Source of the DNA: Babesia bigemina
Lineage: Eukaryota
Assembly (NCBI RefSeq): GCF_000981445.1
Contig: NC_027216.1
Location: forward strand, 2,480,001 to 2,541,256
Direction of reading: 5' to 3'
DNA: 61,256 bases
The notes under the pieces were generated by a model, which did not search any database, was not told the DNA's origin, and was given only the letters and a program-made list of their open reading frames with translations. A program made the translations under genes and the position numbers. How positions within the stretch are numbered: the stretch's first letter is position 1; each line of letters opens with the position of its first letter. This document shows, in pieces, positions 1-11,705 of the stretch.

Positions 1-1
1 A

Positions 2-1765
2 CCGCCACACGTCAATACACAAGAATCAAGAGATGTCATGGCCTACTCAATGCGAAAGGCGCTAGTCAAGGAAAAGATACAGGTGTTGGCATCAGCCAGC
101 ACCAAGGGCATGGAACGGCAGCCGCCACTGGACGCCTGCTTCAACACACCCAACAGCTACGTCAGACACAGGGCATCCAGCGCATACAGTATGCAAGAAG
201 AGTGCTTCAACTGGAGAGGGGACAGATCCGAAGACCTCGAAGACCAACCTATGATCAAGGACCCCAATCTGCCAAACACACAGTTGTTACACGCGGTCTC
301 ATACAATGAGATAGTCACCATTGTAATCGATGGTGCAGATGTATACAAACGAAGCAGGAGAGGCGAAAGAAGCCGCAGCATGGAGTCTTTGTTCGACAGG
401 AGCCGCTTCGTTTTCAAGGCGACCATCGAGCTCTGCGCCTTCAGCAGCGGATTCTCACTCGGGTCCAGCAACTGGACAATCACGCACGCCGAGACGTTTA
501 CGCGCGTCGCCCTCATCGGGGAAACGGGAGAAATCGGGTATCATAGGTATTGCAAGCCTCCGGATTTGTCCTTCGTGTACAAGGCGGACATGCTGGTGCT
601 GCTGGACAACGCCGTGGCGGCACGCAACGTCCAGCAGCAATTCAAGGTCGAACCGCATCTCAGGCGAGAGGTCAAGAGACAAAGGGACGATGTGCAGAAC
701 GCACAACTGGACAACCTATGCAAACAAGCGTTGGAGGGGCTGCAGAATGCCGAAGGAGTCGTGATAGTAGCCGACCCCTATGGAGAGACTATATTTGATC
801 TGCTGGAGCACCTGGAGTTATACATGCAGAGGTACCTCAAGCATCACGAACGTGTCCTGATATACGCGCTGGGAGAGGGTATGGTTAACATTCTCAGCTA
901 CGCCGACAAGTGCGCCGAGTGGGTTGAGCCGCGCAGGGCAGACAGAACTATGCATCATGAAACACCAAAATCGCCCTTCACGGTGCTCGCAGAAATGAGG
1001 GATGGGAACAGGCTATTCATAGGCAACACTACGGAAGATATTAAGGACGTATACAGGTACCCCTCAATTGTGGTGGCCACGTACGATCAGGTGACCATAC
1101 CATACCTCGCTGGGAGAATGCACGCGGGCGCTACAATGATAGCCACCGCTGTGCACTATAGTGACGAGCTGCTTCATCTGGCGACCGAGATGGGCATACA
1201 GGCTCGGATAATGAACGTAACGCTAGACTTCAGGGTCATGGCGGAGCACCTGGCACTGATGCTGGGCACCAAGTGCCAAATCATCACCTCCAAAAACATG
1301 AAGGCGCGGATGTCACCGTCCCTAAGGTTGATAGCCGGGGACAACGTCAGAATGCCCATCGCAGGGCCCTCCGGATTGCTCACCACCGACACCAGGGCCG
1401 AGTACATCAGTCGAGCGCTGGCACGGATAAGGCCTATCATAGGAGGCACGGGAGCCGTTCCCGTACACATCACGGTTGCCGATGGCGAGTTGCAGCAGGC
1501 AACGCCGATAAACTTGCCTGACGACGAACCCAGATTCACATTCGGCACATTCACACCAACGCAGCTGCTCGAGAAACTCAGGATGTTAGGACTAAATCAA
1601 TGTCACATACGAAACCCAACAGATGGATATCCCATTGAAATTATAGTGGACGAGGAGTGTTCCATTATTCTGGAATCGCCATACGAGACCAGTGTCAACA
1701 CCGCGTCGTCCGAAAAACGCAGGCTTGTCACCAGGGCGTTGGAGCAGCTCTGCACCGTACTATAG
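2..1765 (+). CDS. INTS9: Integrator complex subunit 9-like (MBL/beta-CASP pseudo-nuclease), 5' partial
   Basis: Frame is open from base 2 to the stop at 1763-1765. Motifs FSSGFSLGSSNWTI, PYGETIFDLLEHL, YADKCAEWV and YPSIVV parallel human INTS9 (LSSGYALGSSNWII, PSGVIYDLLECL, FSQIFAEWL, QPCVVF) as recalled. Confidence 0.75.
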   Translation, partial: PPHVNTQESRDVMAYSMRKALVKEKIQVLASASTKGMERQPPLDACFNTPNSYVRHRASSAYSMQEECFNWRGDRSEDLEDQPMIKDPNLPNTQLLHAVSYNEIVTIVIDGADVYKRSRRGERSRSMESLFDRSRFVFKATIELCAFSSGFSLGSSNWTITHAETFTRVALIGETGEIGYHRYCKPPDLSFVYKADMLVLLDNAVAARNVQQQFKVEPHLRREVKRQRDDVQNAQLDNLCKQALEGLQNAEGVVIVADPYGETIFDLLEHLELYMQRYLKHHERVLIYALGEGMVNILSYADKCAEWVEPRRADRTMHHETPKSPFTVLAEMRDGNRLFIGNTTEDIKDVYRYPSIVVATYDQVTIPYLAGRMHAGATMIATAVHYSDELLHLATEMGIQARIMNVTLDFRVMAEHLALMLGTKCQIITSKNMKARMSPSLRLIAGDNVRMPIAGPSGLLTTDTRAEYISRALARIRPIIGGTGAVPVHITVADGELQQATPINLPDDEPRFTFGTFTPTQLLEKLRMLGLNQCHIRNPTDGYPIEIIVDEECSIILESPYETSVNTASSEKRRLVTRALEQLCTVL

Positions 1766-3678
1766 CACCGACGGGTGCCGCTTGCGCCCTGTGTAGTTGC
1801 CCCAAAACTGAGTGCGGACGGGCACCTGCTTTATGTAGCCCTGCGGATACCGCGACATGCGCTCCCGACGACGCTTGAAGTACGTCACGTACTCCAGGTG
1901 ACGAGGCAGCAGCGGAGTGGATTCAACGGGCATCCGGAACTTCAGCCGCAATTCACCATTGACGAATGCGCACTTTGTCGCGTGCTGACGTCCCAAGTAC
2001 GACTATGTAAACGTAAAAACAATAATGCACAAAACACACCTGGAATACAGAGCCGGTTCGAGCGGTTATAGTGAAGTTGGAACCGTGTTCAATAATAGCG
2101 CAGCCTGTGTATATATTAGAGCTGGCACTGATGGGTGCGTTGTACATGAAACGGCGCATGACGAACCTGGCATGGCTATGGGGGTGGAATGGGGGGCACG
2201 TAGGTCCCTATGTGCCACAACGCCAACCTCGGGCAACGTGTACAGCTGAGTCACGGATGCTGTCAGTGAGGTCGCCTTCAGAAACGCGGTCACAGTCTCA
2301 ATCAATGACCCGGAATCCAACTGCGACGCGTCCACGATTACGTAAATACGGTCCACGCCAGCCCAGTGACCGAGGTACGAGCGGCGCTCGGATGCCGAAA
2401 GCTCTCCGCAACTGATAAACTCCAGCAGGTACCTAATGACCCATGCAATTTTTAATGGTTGTGTAGGCATACCTCAACATTTCGGGGCCGCACAGAAGAA
2501 CGCTCGGGCTGCAGCGGCTGCAACGAACGTATTCGAAGACCGACTGCGCCAGAGAGAGGGTCACAGTCTCACGAAGGTCACGGCGAAGCGTGAGTGGGAA
2601 CTGCGGTTTCAAGGAACTGTATCGAGATACAGGTGGCACTACTAGAGGGTAGTGGGCCCTGGCTCCAACGTGTATAGGTTGTAACACTCCGTACATAATG
2701 AAACCGCATTCGTGTGGAAAGAGGCAGTTCAGCACCTGGTCGTTCGCGCCGATGGAAAACACATTTCTAACACGTTCGCCCTCCGCATCCAACGTGGCCC
2801 TCGTGTGGGCAACAACCTTTCCGTTGCACGAGCCTATCTCAGAAAACACGTGCAGCAACGACCATTCACGTTCACAGTTCCCGAGCAGCTGCGACGCGTC
2901 TTCAGGGACTTCGGAGCTGGTATTAGGGGTATCCATCAGGTCGAAATAACCGTGGCCCGCACGCATAGCTGCATCGAATTCGGATGCGGAGATGACGCTG
3001 GGAGCCCGAACCAACACATGCAGAGGCACAGTTAGCTCCCGACATACTGGCGAAAGCAGTGGGTAGTAGTCACGCGTGGTCACCACGACGTCGCTGCAAG
3101 CTTCGACGATCATGGACCTCCAGTTGTCCACTATATGCTTCTCGAAGCACGTAGGGTCGCTGGTCGCCAGCCTGCTGCGCAAAAGCGAGAAGCACACTGG
3201 GAGCACCGAAACTGCGACGCCGCCGTGCTTGAAGATAGCGAACAACAGGTCGACAAACGCGGTAGATGGTTGCGATAGCACAGTCAAAAACACGGGCCGA
3301 TCCTCTATTTTACGACGGCTGCGGGCATCGCAAATCAGTGACTCCAGTGACGACCGCATGTCGCTGACGGCAGCATTACAGAAAAACGCAAGTCACTCAC
3401 CATAAAGAGACAGGAGAATCCGATTTCACAGCCGAATTACATGCCACATTGTGTTGTGAAATACCAGAGATATCCCTCGTTGACGCAGAGTTCGACGCTG
3501 CCGAATGCTGCTTGCGACTGCGGACCGACGAAAAACCTGCGACCACAGCAGTCGAACTTGGTAATCGACGCAATACCGGAACGTGGCGCGATGCTAAATG
3601 CGATATATAGCTCCACTGTAGTGTCCTGAAGCGCCGAATGTCGCTGCCGGCCAAATGGCTACGCGTAACAGCAAACAT
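1760..3678 (-). CDS. Degenerate ANL-superfamily (ACSF3/malonyl-CoA synthetase-like) protein with probable mitochondrial presequence; 5 exons
   Basis: Exons 3678-3401, 3363-2473, 2432-2167, 2104-2040 and 2002-1760 are joined in frame by GT-AG introns of 37, 40, 62 and 37 nt. Motifs KVVAHT..DQVLNCLFPHE..PIHVGA, YTLPEVG and GSVFQSYLGRQHATKCAF resemble ACSF3. The N-terminus is Arg/Ser-rich. Confidence 0.65.
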
Positions 3679-4094
3679 TGTACCAGCTGGGACCTCGTGT
3701 CACAACCAAAACATGCATCCTATAGCTCGTCCAAAAGCGCGTAGACAAGTCGCTGACACGTCAACTGTGACATTCAGATTACTCTCCTGCACGAAGCGCT
3801 GCGATACTGCCGCCGGAGCTGCACACATGGAAGAAGGCAAGATGCCTCACGGCGACAAGAGGAAGGAAAGAGCTGACAAGTCAGCTTCTACTCCCAGACG
3901 ATTAAACGTCAGCGAATTGTGATATTTTGTGCCTTAGAGCTGGTGGTGTGTTGAACGGACGCAAAAATAGCCGTGGAATCACACATCAAGACACGACGTA
4001 TTGGGGCGCGGACGCAATGCGCCTGGACTGCTCACAATCACTACCCACAGACGTCCAATCGCAACTATAAATAACAAATAAAGCGCCCGCAAAC

Positions 4095-5700
4095 ATGGGA
4101 AGGAAAAGCAGGAAGCGACGGATGCTCAAGCCGTTCTGCTACTTCTGCAACCGCGAGTTCGACGATGAAAAGGTCCTCATCATGCACCAAAAGGCCAAAC
4201 ATTTCAAGTGTGGAGAATGCAATCGCAAACTGGAAACAGCGAATGGTCTCTCCGTTCATATGCAACAGGTACGTCAAAAAAACCGGTATCCTGTGTCTTG
4301 GCTGCCTGGCGCACGGCCGTGTATACTTGGACCCTAGATTCCATTTCCGCGGTGTATGAGCGGCCTTGGTTGAGTCGTGGGTTCACGGTTTAGTTGGTAG
4401 CTGTGGCAGATGATAGAATGGGATGACAGCAACGGCAGGGCCTCGGCCATCACCTTGGGTTTATTGCTTGTGCCGAGTATACCGTGTTATTTCATTCTAA
4501 ACGTGAAGTTTAAGCATATTCTAATGCAATTCTCAGGTGCACAAGGTCGTACAGCGCAAGGTTCCGTTCGCCTTGGAGGGCAGAGATAACATCAGCTCCA
4601 TTGTACAAGGGATGCAAGGGGTGCCTTTTGATGCCATCGAGGAGCACCAACTTAAGCATCAGAAGAAGATGGGCGATATAGACACCTGCAAGCAGCAGAG
4701 GATCAGCTGGGCAGTGGTAATGACGGCACCGACGCCCGAGCAGTTCCTGGCGCAGCTCTCGATGGGCAACGTATACTTCCCGGGCTTCACTGCACCTCAC
4801 GAGACGTACATACCGCCCAAGCCGTACCTATTGGGGCAGAATCCATATGCCACTCCTATTCCTCCAGCGCCACCGTACGGGCATGACGGGCAGCCCCGCA
4901 GGCACGGAGGGCCAGGCGGGACACATCACGCCGGCGGAGCAGACGACAGGCGCGGACGGAGGTTGTCAACCGGAGTAGGAGCTGGCTCGTATCAGCCACA
5001 CGACGAAATAGCGCGGCAGAAGGGATTCGCGCCTTCAGGCACGGGGCCGCTCATCCTTGGGCCAACCGGTATGCCCATCGAAGCCCCCAGCAGTGGCGGA
5101 TTCTCAGACGCAAGAGGTGGTTCGCGGCCTATGGTGGCACGTTCTCTGTCTATTGGCACAGGCGCAATGGGATTCACGCCCGCGCCTAAGGGATTCAGTG
5201 ACGGGCCAGCTGCTGCGGCGGTACATACTGCCGCGCGAGCCGAGCCCTCTGATGCACACGGGTTCCGCAAAGTGGGAGGCTTCAGCGACGCTCCAGCCGG
5301 GCCAACGAATCCAGCTGGGTTCAGCGAGGCGCAAGGACCCAGCCGGCCGCAGCAAGAGCTGCACAAGCAGAGCCCAGGGTTCTCCGACGCGCCGCAGCCC
5401 CCTGCCAGCGCAGTGGCGGCGGAAAGCAGCTCTCCGACGCTGCCAGAAGTGTCACCGAGGCCACCGCAAGTAGATGATCATGATACATACATGGCCCTCG
5501 AAAGCAGCGAGGTGGAAGTAGCGGCTCCTGCCGACAACGCCATGGCCGTCGACACGCAGATATATAGAGCATCTGGAGTTGCGCCGCTGTTCATACCGCC
5601 GCCCACACTGGTCAACACGAAGCTCCTGCACGAGGCGGACATGGAGTCCATCGAGGAGATGCGAGCAGCACGGCTTTACGGCTGGCAAGAGGCTGCATAA
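4095..5700 (+). CDS. ZNF207: ZNF207/BuGZ-like C2H2 zinc-finger protein; 2 exons
   Basis: Exon 1 is 4095-4268 (MGRK..KPFCYFCNREFDDEKVLIMHQKAKHFKCGECNRKL..GLSVHMQQ). Intron 4269-4536 is GT..CAG. Exon 2 is 4537-5700 (VHKV..VPFALEGR..GMQGVP; C-terminal SIEEMRA). Confidence 0.9.
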
Positions 5701-5833
5701 CCGGCCGTACCAAAACGCGGGTACAATTGTTACAACGCATATAAACACGTTAGTGAATGTTGGTTCGGCTATGTATGATTGCAACAATGGAGGGGTGCAA
5801 TGTGTTAGGGAGGACAGAGGCGCGGCGCTACGC

Positions 5834-6802
5834 CTACCGGGGCTTGCTGCCGGTCTTCTCGACGATGCTGTCAATGTCCTGCATGGAGTGTTAAAGATGT
5901 CAGTAAGCCGCCAATTACGCACGTAACGTTAACCATGGAAAGTAATAACACGGTACACAAAAACGACAAGCGCAAACAGGATACTCACCGCCTTGACATC
6001 CTCCTCGCGGCGGTTGGCGTTCACACGGCGCAGCAGGCCCAGCTTGTCGTAGTAGCTAATCAGAGGGGCAGTCTGCTTGTAGTACGCTTCCAGACGAGTG
6101 CGGATGATCTCCGGAGTGTCGTCCTTGCGCTGGGTCAAAGGCTCGTTGGTGATGTCGTCCATCATAGGCACCTTCGGCGGCTTGTTAGTCTTGTGGTACA
6201 CGCGGCCGGACGGCAGGTGCACCAGACGACCGCTAATGCGCCTCTCAATCTCGTCGTCGGGGCACTCCAACAACAGCACGGAGTTCAGCTTCTTGCCGAT
6301 TTGCGACAACATCGACTTCAAACCCTCTGCCTGACCCTCGGTGCGCGGGAAACCGTCCAAAATGAAACCGCGACGGCATTCGAACGAGTTAATCCTGCCC
6401 TCAATCAGCTTTATCACGATGTTGTCGGGGACCAGCATGCCCTTGTCCATGAATTCCTTGGCCTGCAGACCCACGGGGTCACCGCTCCTCACAGCAGAAC
6501 GCAAGATGTCACCGGTTGACAAGTGGCAGTAGCAGTGGGTGTCACGGAGAGACAAAGCTTGAGTACCCTGCGAATTTTGAGCTTTCACACAACGGCTGAC
6601 AAATCAAATGCACAGCGCGATCGCCGACGACGCACGCCCAGAAGCGGGCCAAAAATGCCACTGAACCGATGGAATCACCAACCTTGCCGGAGCCTGGAGC
6701 GCCCATAAAAATGAAGTTGCCTTCCGGCTTCCTCAGGCAGTTGTATCGGCGCCTGACCTCTTGGAGCAGAGTCTCCGTATCGTAAGCGCTGAGGCCGCTC
6801 AT
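5834..6802 (-). CDS. adk: Adenylate kinase (long LID type); 3 exons
   Basis: Exons 6802-6683, 6567-5989 and 5878-5834. The P-loop GAPGSGK|GTQ spans intron 1. Also HLSTGDILR, GFILDGFPRT, GRLVHLPSGRVYH and QRKDD. Confidence 0.95.
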
Positions 6803-7007
6803 CGTCGCAAGACAAACGGACACAGCGGATAAAACAAGGTGACGAAAATTGAACCTGCAACTATTCATACTGCTTGTACCACTAGGAAGTAATAAGCAAT
6901 ACAGAATCCACCTAGCCACGTGGGCCCCTTAGCCGCACACCATGCGGCCGACGTACACATCACACGGGCGCCCGAGCACCCGTAGTACGCGACACAAGCA
7001 ACGACAA

Positions 7008-8243
7008 ATGACGCTCACACTAGTCGGACTCGGACTCGGAGCCATACAGGACATCACACTCAGGGGGCTCGAGGCCATCAAGGCTGCCGACCGAGTATTC
7101 CTGGAAATATACACCTCTGCGCTCATAGATAGCTCAAGGGAGGAACTAGTAGGTGGATTCTATCGATCCGCAATCTGTTAACAGGAGTCCTTCTTCGGCA
7201 AGCCGGTGATAGAGGCAGATAGGATCAGCGTAGAAGACCAGGCAGAGCACATAATACAGGAGGCGCGAGACAAGCATGTGGTGCTTCTAGTTGCAGGAGA
7301 TCCGCTTAGGTTTGTTTCCGCAACAATACGCCCTTTGTCGCCAGTTGCATGGCCGATTTGGAATTGCCAGCCGTGGCAGCGATGTCGTCTGTCATCTTGT
7401 GCATGATCATAATACCCGTATTAAACAGTGATTTTTCGGGTGCTCCAATGTTGAACGTGTCAATTCGGTGTTGCGGGTGAATATGTTTTGCGTCTGGGTG
7501 ATTTGTATATGCTTGCCCACGTCCACGTAACCGACGACATTATGTAACTCCGCCATAGCGCCACCACGCACTGTGACCTCTGCATGCGGGCGGAACATGC
7601 CGGAGTACAAGTAGACGTCATCCATAATGCGAGCATAATTAACGCGATCGGCCGGACTGGCCTGCAGCTGTACCGGTTCGGCGAGGTCGTGTCCATACCA
7701 CTGTTCGAGAAGAACTGGACACCTGACAGCTTCTACGACAAAATTGCCAAAAATAGGCGTGCGAATTTGCATACACTATGTCTCCTTGGTACGTGGGGTA
7801 ATTAGTGCTGCTAAAAAGCCGCAGACATCAAGGTCAAGGAGCGGTCGGTGGAGAATCTCATGGCCAATCGCATGATTTTTGAGCCGCCCCGGTGGGTAAC
7901 TTTGACATGCATTTATATGGTGCAGATACATGACAGTGAATGTAGCCATAGAGCAAATACAACACGTGGATGCGGCCAAACACGAAGTAGACGCTTCGAC
8001 ACGTGCCTTTGGTGTGGCAAGGCTTGGGTCAAAAACAGCACAGATTGTAGCAGGTGCGCACTATACATACTGTACTGACACTATATAGGCACTTTGGAAC
8101 AGCTTAAATCGGTTGATTTCGGAGCGCCGCTGCACTCCCTAGTCATATGCGCCCCGGAGCTGCACGACATCGAGGAGCAGTACTACCAGCACTACCACTG
8201 CGAAAAGGGACGTGCACAATCGCAACCAAAACACAGCACATGA
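7008..8243 (+). CDS. DPH5: Diphthine methyl ester synthase; 6 exons
   Basis: Introns 7149-7184, 7310-7558, 7789-7824, 7892-7925 and 8054-8088 are all GT-AG. Spliced motifs: LVGLGLG..DITLRGLEAIK, GDPLSATTH, HNASIINAIG..GLQLYRFGE, HTLCLLDIKVKE, EPPRYMTVN, DFGAPLHSLVI. Confidence 0.95.
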
Positions 8244-8549
8244 ATTACTACGTACAGCTGATAGATTGAGCAGTGTGCGGAGGATTAAGCGGGTGTCGTT
8301 TGGGGGTTCTCAAACAGCTGCGATCCAATGGGTCGTACATCTAACCAGTGATGTAACAACGGTGGCAAATCCGCGGTTTAGAAGCGTCGCTCGATGTCCT
8401 ACGTGTATATGTGTGCACAGCATCAAAGCTCGGTTTGGGACTGTTGGCGCTCGTGCAAATCTTATACACCGATCTGCGTTGCCCAGGACGCCCATAAATG
8501 GTTCGTATGCGTCCGCCGAAAAATAGTGCGATACAACACTCCACTGTAA

Positions 8550-9258
8550 TCACTTCCCGCAGCAGTTTATCTTCGACAGAGACGAGCCAGTGTCTATCTT
8601 GAAGCCCTCGTGGAAGTCGTGGATGCGCTTGCCCTTCGGAATTATCCTAGCGATCTCGGTAAACAGCTCCAGCACCAGGTGGCCGCTCTTAGCAGATGTT
8701 TCCATGAACAGGCAGTTGTTGGCGTTGGCGAACTCTTCCGCGACTTCGCGGGGCACCTCACGAGACGCCTCAAGGTCGAGCTTGTTCCCCGCAAGTGCCA
8801 ACACGATGTTGGGGTCAACGTAAGACTGCAGCTCCTGGATCCACCCTTTCGCCTGATGAAACGACTCCTTCAGCGTAATGTCGTACACTATTACGGCAGC
8901 GGCGGAGCCACGGTAGTACATCGGGGCCAGGGTACGGTAGCGCTCCTGCCTGCAACAAACGTCAACTACTGGCGGAAAACACGCACCCGGCAGTGTCCCA
9001 AATCTCGAATTTCACCGTGTAGTCATCGAACTTCACGCTCTGGGTCATGAAAGCAGCGCCGATCGTAGACTCCTGGAACTCCAAAAACGTGTTCTTCACG
9101 AAGCGGCCGACTAGACAGCTCTTGCCGACCGACGTGTCGCCCAAAACCACCAGCTTGAACTGGTACACAGGGTGGTGACCACCCTCGGCCTTCGGCGGGT
9201 CACTCTTTGGCGCAGAGTTGCCGCTACCCGGTAGCAGGCTACCCAGGAAGTTCCTCAT
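8550..9258 (-). CDS. RAB5C: Rab5-family GTPase (Rab5C-like); 2 exons
   Basis: Motifs [29 protein letters not shown] (across the 37-nt intron 8950-8986), GNKLD, ETSAK and a C-terminal CCGK prenylation motif. Confidence 0.92.
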
Positions 9259-9913
9259 GGCCGGATGTGGCACCGTCACAAGCACAGTGCGGAGCAGAAC
9301 GATCGTTCTTACGGCACCGCAGCAGCGCTGTCAAGTGTAATATGCGATTTAGAGTTTTAAATGACGTGTCCAAGCGTCCATGGGTCTTCGATTAGGCAAG
9401 CTCGCACCACCTACACATTTGTGCGGAGATCGACGCTCGGATAGCCGCAAATCACGCAAATTTACGTATAACGGTCAAATGCAAAATAGAAACGAATTTG
9501 ATAGGCCAATATAAAGCTAATATGGTAATGGTGGCGTGGGTTCTTTCGGATACACACGCAGTCAGTGGCCGTTGTCTAATAACGGACACGGTACTTGCCA
9601 ATGCAATATAAGTGGGTGTGCATATAGCTTGTGACTGCGTTGTTCAGTTGCTACCGAGATATGTCATCATTAAATTACGCTTCTAAGCTGTTAAACTTCA
9701 GAAAACGCACTTTGTGACGTCGGAGCGCACAGCACAATGGCAACGGGCCTCGGTGTTTCAGGGATATTTTACGCCTATATATGATGCATGGTGTGTTTTG
9801 AGTAGTTGTGATAGTGACTTTGGTCAGTGGCAGTGATCGACAACACAAACGCGGTGTTCGGCACCTTACTTTTTCCTAAGACAACCATGAGCACATACAA
9901 CCCAACGCCAAAC

Positions 9914-10648
9914 TCACTTCAGCCTCGATTGCACACTGTTGGGCAATCCCACCTTCACGATTGTGCGGTCATGGTAAAACACCTGCAGCTCGTCCCCGGC
10001 CTCCAATAACTTAGCGCCGTCGCCGACCAGGCTCACGGGGATGCGAGTATCCTCAAAGTTCTGGTCAGAGACCACAATCTCGCGTGTGTCCTCGTCCACG
10101 TATTGTACCAATGCACCGTGGCGATCGACATCGATCTTCTCCACCTTAGCGCCAATGGGCAAATTAAGCGTCATCTGTTTCTTGCTGCTCAGTTCAATAT
10201 ACTCGACCTGTATGGAGGCAGATCCGCGACCTTGCTTCACCTGACGATTAGACACAACTTCGCAATACTTGTCTGTTGCATAATAAATATAATGAAATAA
10301 GGCGCTACCTCCGTGAAGGAAAATCATGCCAGCCTTCAGAGAGCTCCCAGCAAAGGAGGAGAAGTGGCACCTACCACCGCCGAGTATACCATCAGTTGGC
10401 AGATATGTCGGCTTCGAATTAACGGCGCTATATGCAGGATGTAGGGAGGTGGAGAATGTAGTGGAAGAAAACGATCGGTGCAGGTATCGATTGGCTTGGC
10501 CGTGAGTGCCCATGAGGCGTCGAGAAAATGTGCATGAGGACCTCAGAAATAACTTAGCCTGATGGGATGCAGCACAGGAGCCATTCGTGCGTCCAATAGG
10601 CAACCTGATGAAAGTAGGCCTACTCAGGCCACCTACCGGAAAGCGCAT
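9914..10648 (-). CDS. efp: Organelle-targeted elongation factor P-like protein (domains I-II only)
   Basis: LKAGMIF, VKQGRGSA (EF-P KPGKG loop), DQNFED, VGDGAKLL and VGLP match EF-P. The long Arg/Ser-rich N-terminus looks like a presequence. There is a probable in-frame 36-nt AT-rich intron at 10273-10308. Confidence 0.8.
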   Translation of the reverse strand: MRFPVGGLSRPTFIRLPIGRTNGSCAASHQAKLFLRSSCTFSRRLMGTHGQANRYLHRSFSSTTFSTSLHPAYSAVNSKPTYLPTDGILGGGRCHFSSFAGSSLKAGMIFLHGGSALFHYIYYATDKYCEVVSNRQVKQGRGSASIQVEYIELSSKKQMTLNLPIGAKVEKIDVDRHGALVQYVDEDTREIVVSDQNFEDTRIPVSLVGDGAKLLEAGDELQVFYHDRTIVKVGLPNSVQSRLK

Positions 10649-10747
10649 TCTTAAATACGGGTAGGCCTTGTATGTATCAAAATATAGCGAATGTCCAGTG
10701 CGTTGAGGAAAGCGATCTGCGATAGTTGGATTGTCAATGCGATACGC

Positions 10748-11384
10748 TCAAAAGAAACGCAAAGGCAAACGATAACGATCAACGGCAATGGGCTTGTGGA
10801 CACGTTGTATGCGCTGCGAAAAGTCCGTAAAGTCAAGAGTCGCCTCGATTTTCCTGCACGGTCATGAAGATAATTGTTAAATGCGGCAACAGAAATATAG
10901 ACACGACATAGACAGTTGACATTGGTGCAAACATTCTGGCATAAATTGGGTCTCTATTGACAGAAATACAACGACAAAAACGGATCACGTAGAACAGCGG
11001 CAGCAAATAACGCCTAAACGAGCACAGTGTATACCATGTGGCATTTTTGTGGTGCTAAATAACCAACCTCTTGCGTAGATAGACGTCTCGGAAATCCTTG
11101 AGTGCTCTAACGGCCTCAACTTCGGACGCGAAGCGTACGATGGCGGTACCCGTAGGCTCTGCGCCCTCTGAACGTAGTTACTAGAGAGAAAACGGCTTAA
11201 CTGACTTCCTACAAGCGTTACAGATTGTACGCAAGTGTTTGTGGAGAAAAGTGACCGAACTTCTTCAGTTGTCGCGTCAAAAGGTAGGCCCTGTAAGTGC
11301 TCCAGACAAAAAGCATATCCCCCTCACCTTCAGTAACAGCCGCCAGCGACTGTCATTTAAAAATCCGAAATACCGCGGCTGCAT
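10748..11384 (-). CDS. Small single-RRM protein (hnRNP F/H-like RRM), 115 aa, 4 exons
   Basis: Exons 11384-11328, 11290-11206, 11167-11068 and 10853-10748 total 348 nt, with GT-AG introns of 37, 38 and 214 nt. Product includes RLLLKGLPFDATTEEVRSLF..GAEPTGTAIVRFASEVEAVRALKDFRDVYLRKRKIEA. Confidence 0.8.
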
Positions 11385-11544
11385 TGCATAATGGCTATGA
11401 GGAGCCGTGGAAGCGGCAGCTAGTCGGAACGTGTGTGGCTTATACCGCGGATGCGACGTCACTTCACCGGAAATGTGTAATTACAAGGATTATGCCATAA
11501 ATAGTATCGATAATGGTTTTCAAAATTTTAAAAATATGAGAGCT

Positions 11545-11705
11545 TGTGTTTGTTATGATGAACATTAGCAAGGCGAAGAACAGAACAACCGATGTCTACG
11601 TGAATGTGTAACGCGAAGTCCGAAGGCGGCCATCAGTAGCAGCATATACAATCATATATCCGCCAATTACTGCGCCCAACTCTTCCTCATTTCTGAATAA
11701 GCATA
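11545..11705 (+). ncRNA. Candidate box C/D snoRNA
   Basis: C box ATGATGA at 11555-11561 and D box CTGA at 11693-11696. The flanking 9-bp stem TGTGTTTGT/ATAAGCATA (3 G-U pairs) sits in K-turn register. No target was identified. Confidence 0.3.

Noticed and set aside
4269..4536. Unusually long introns (268 nt here; 249 nt at 7310-7558) as snoRNA hosts
   Set aside because: No convincing C/D box pair with a terminal stem was found by eye.
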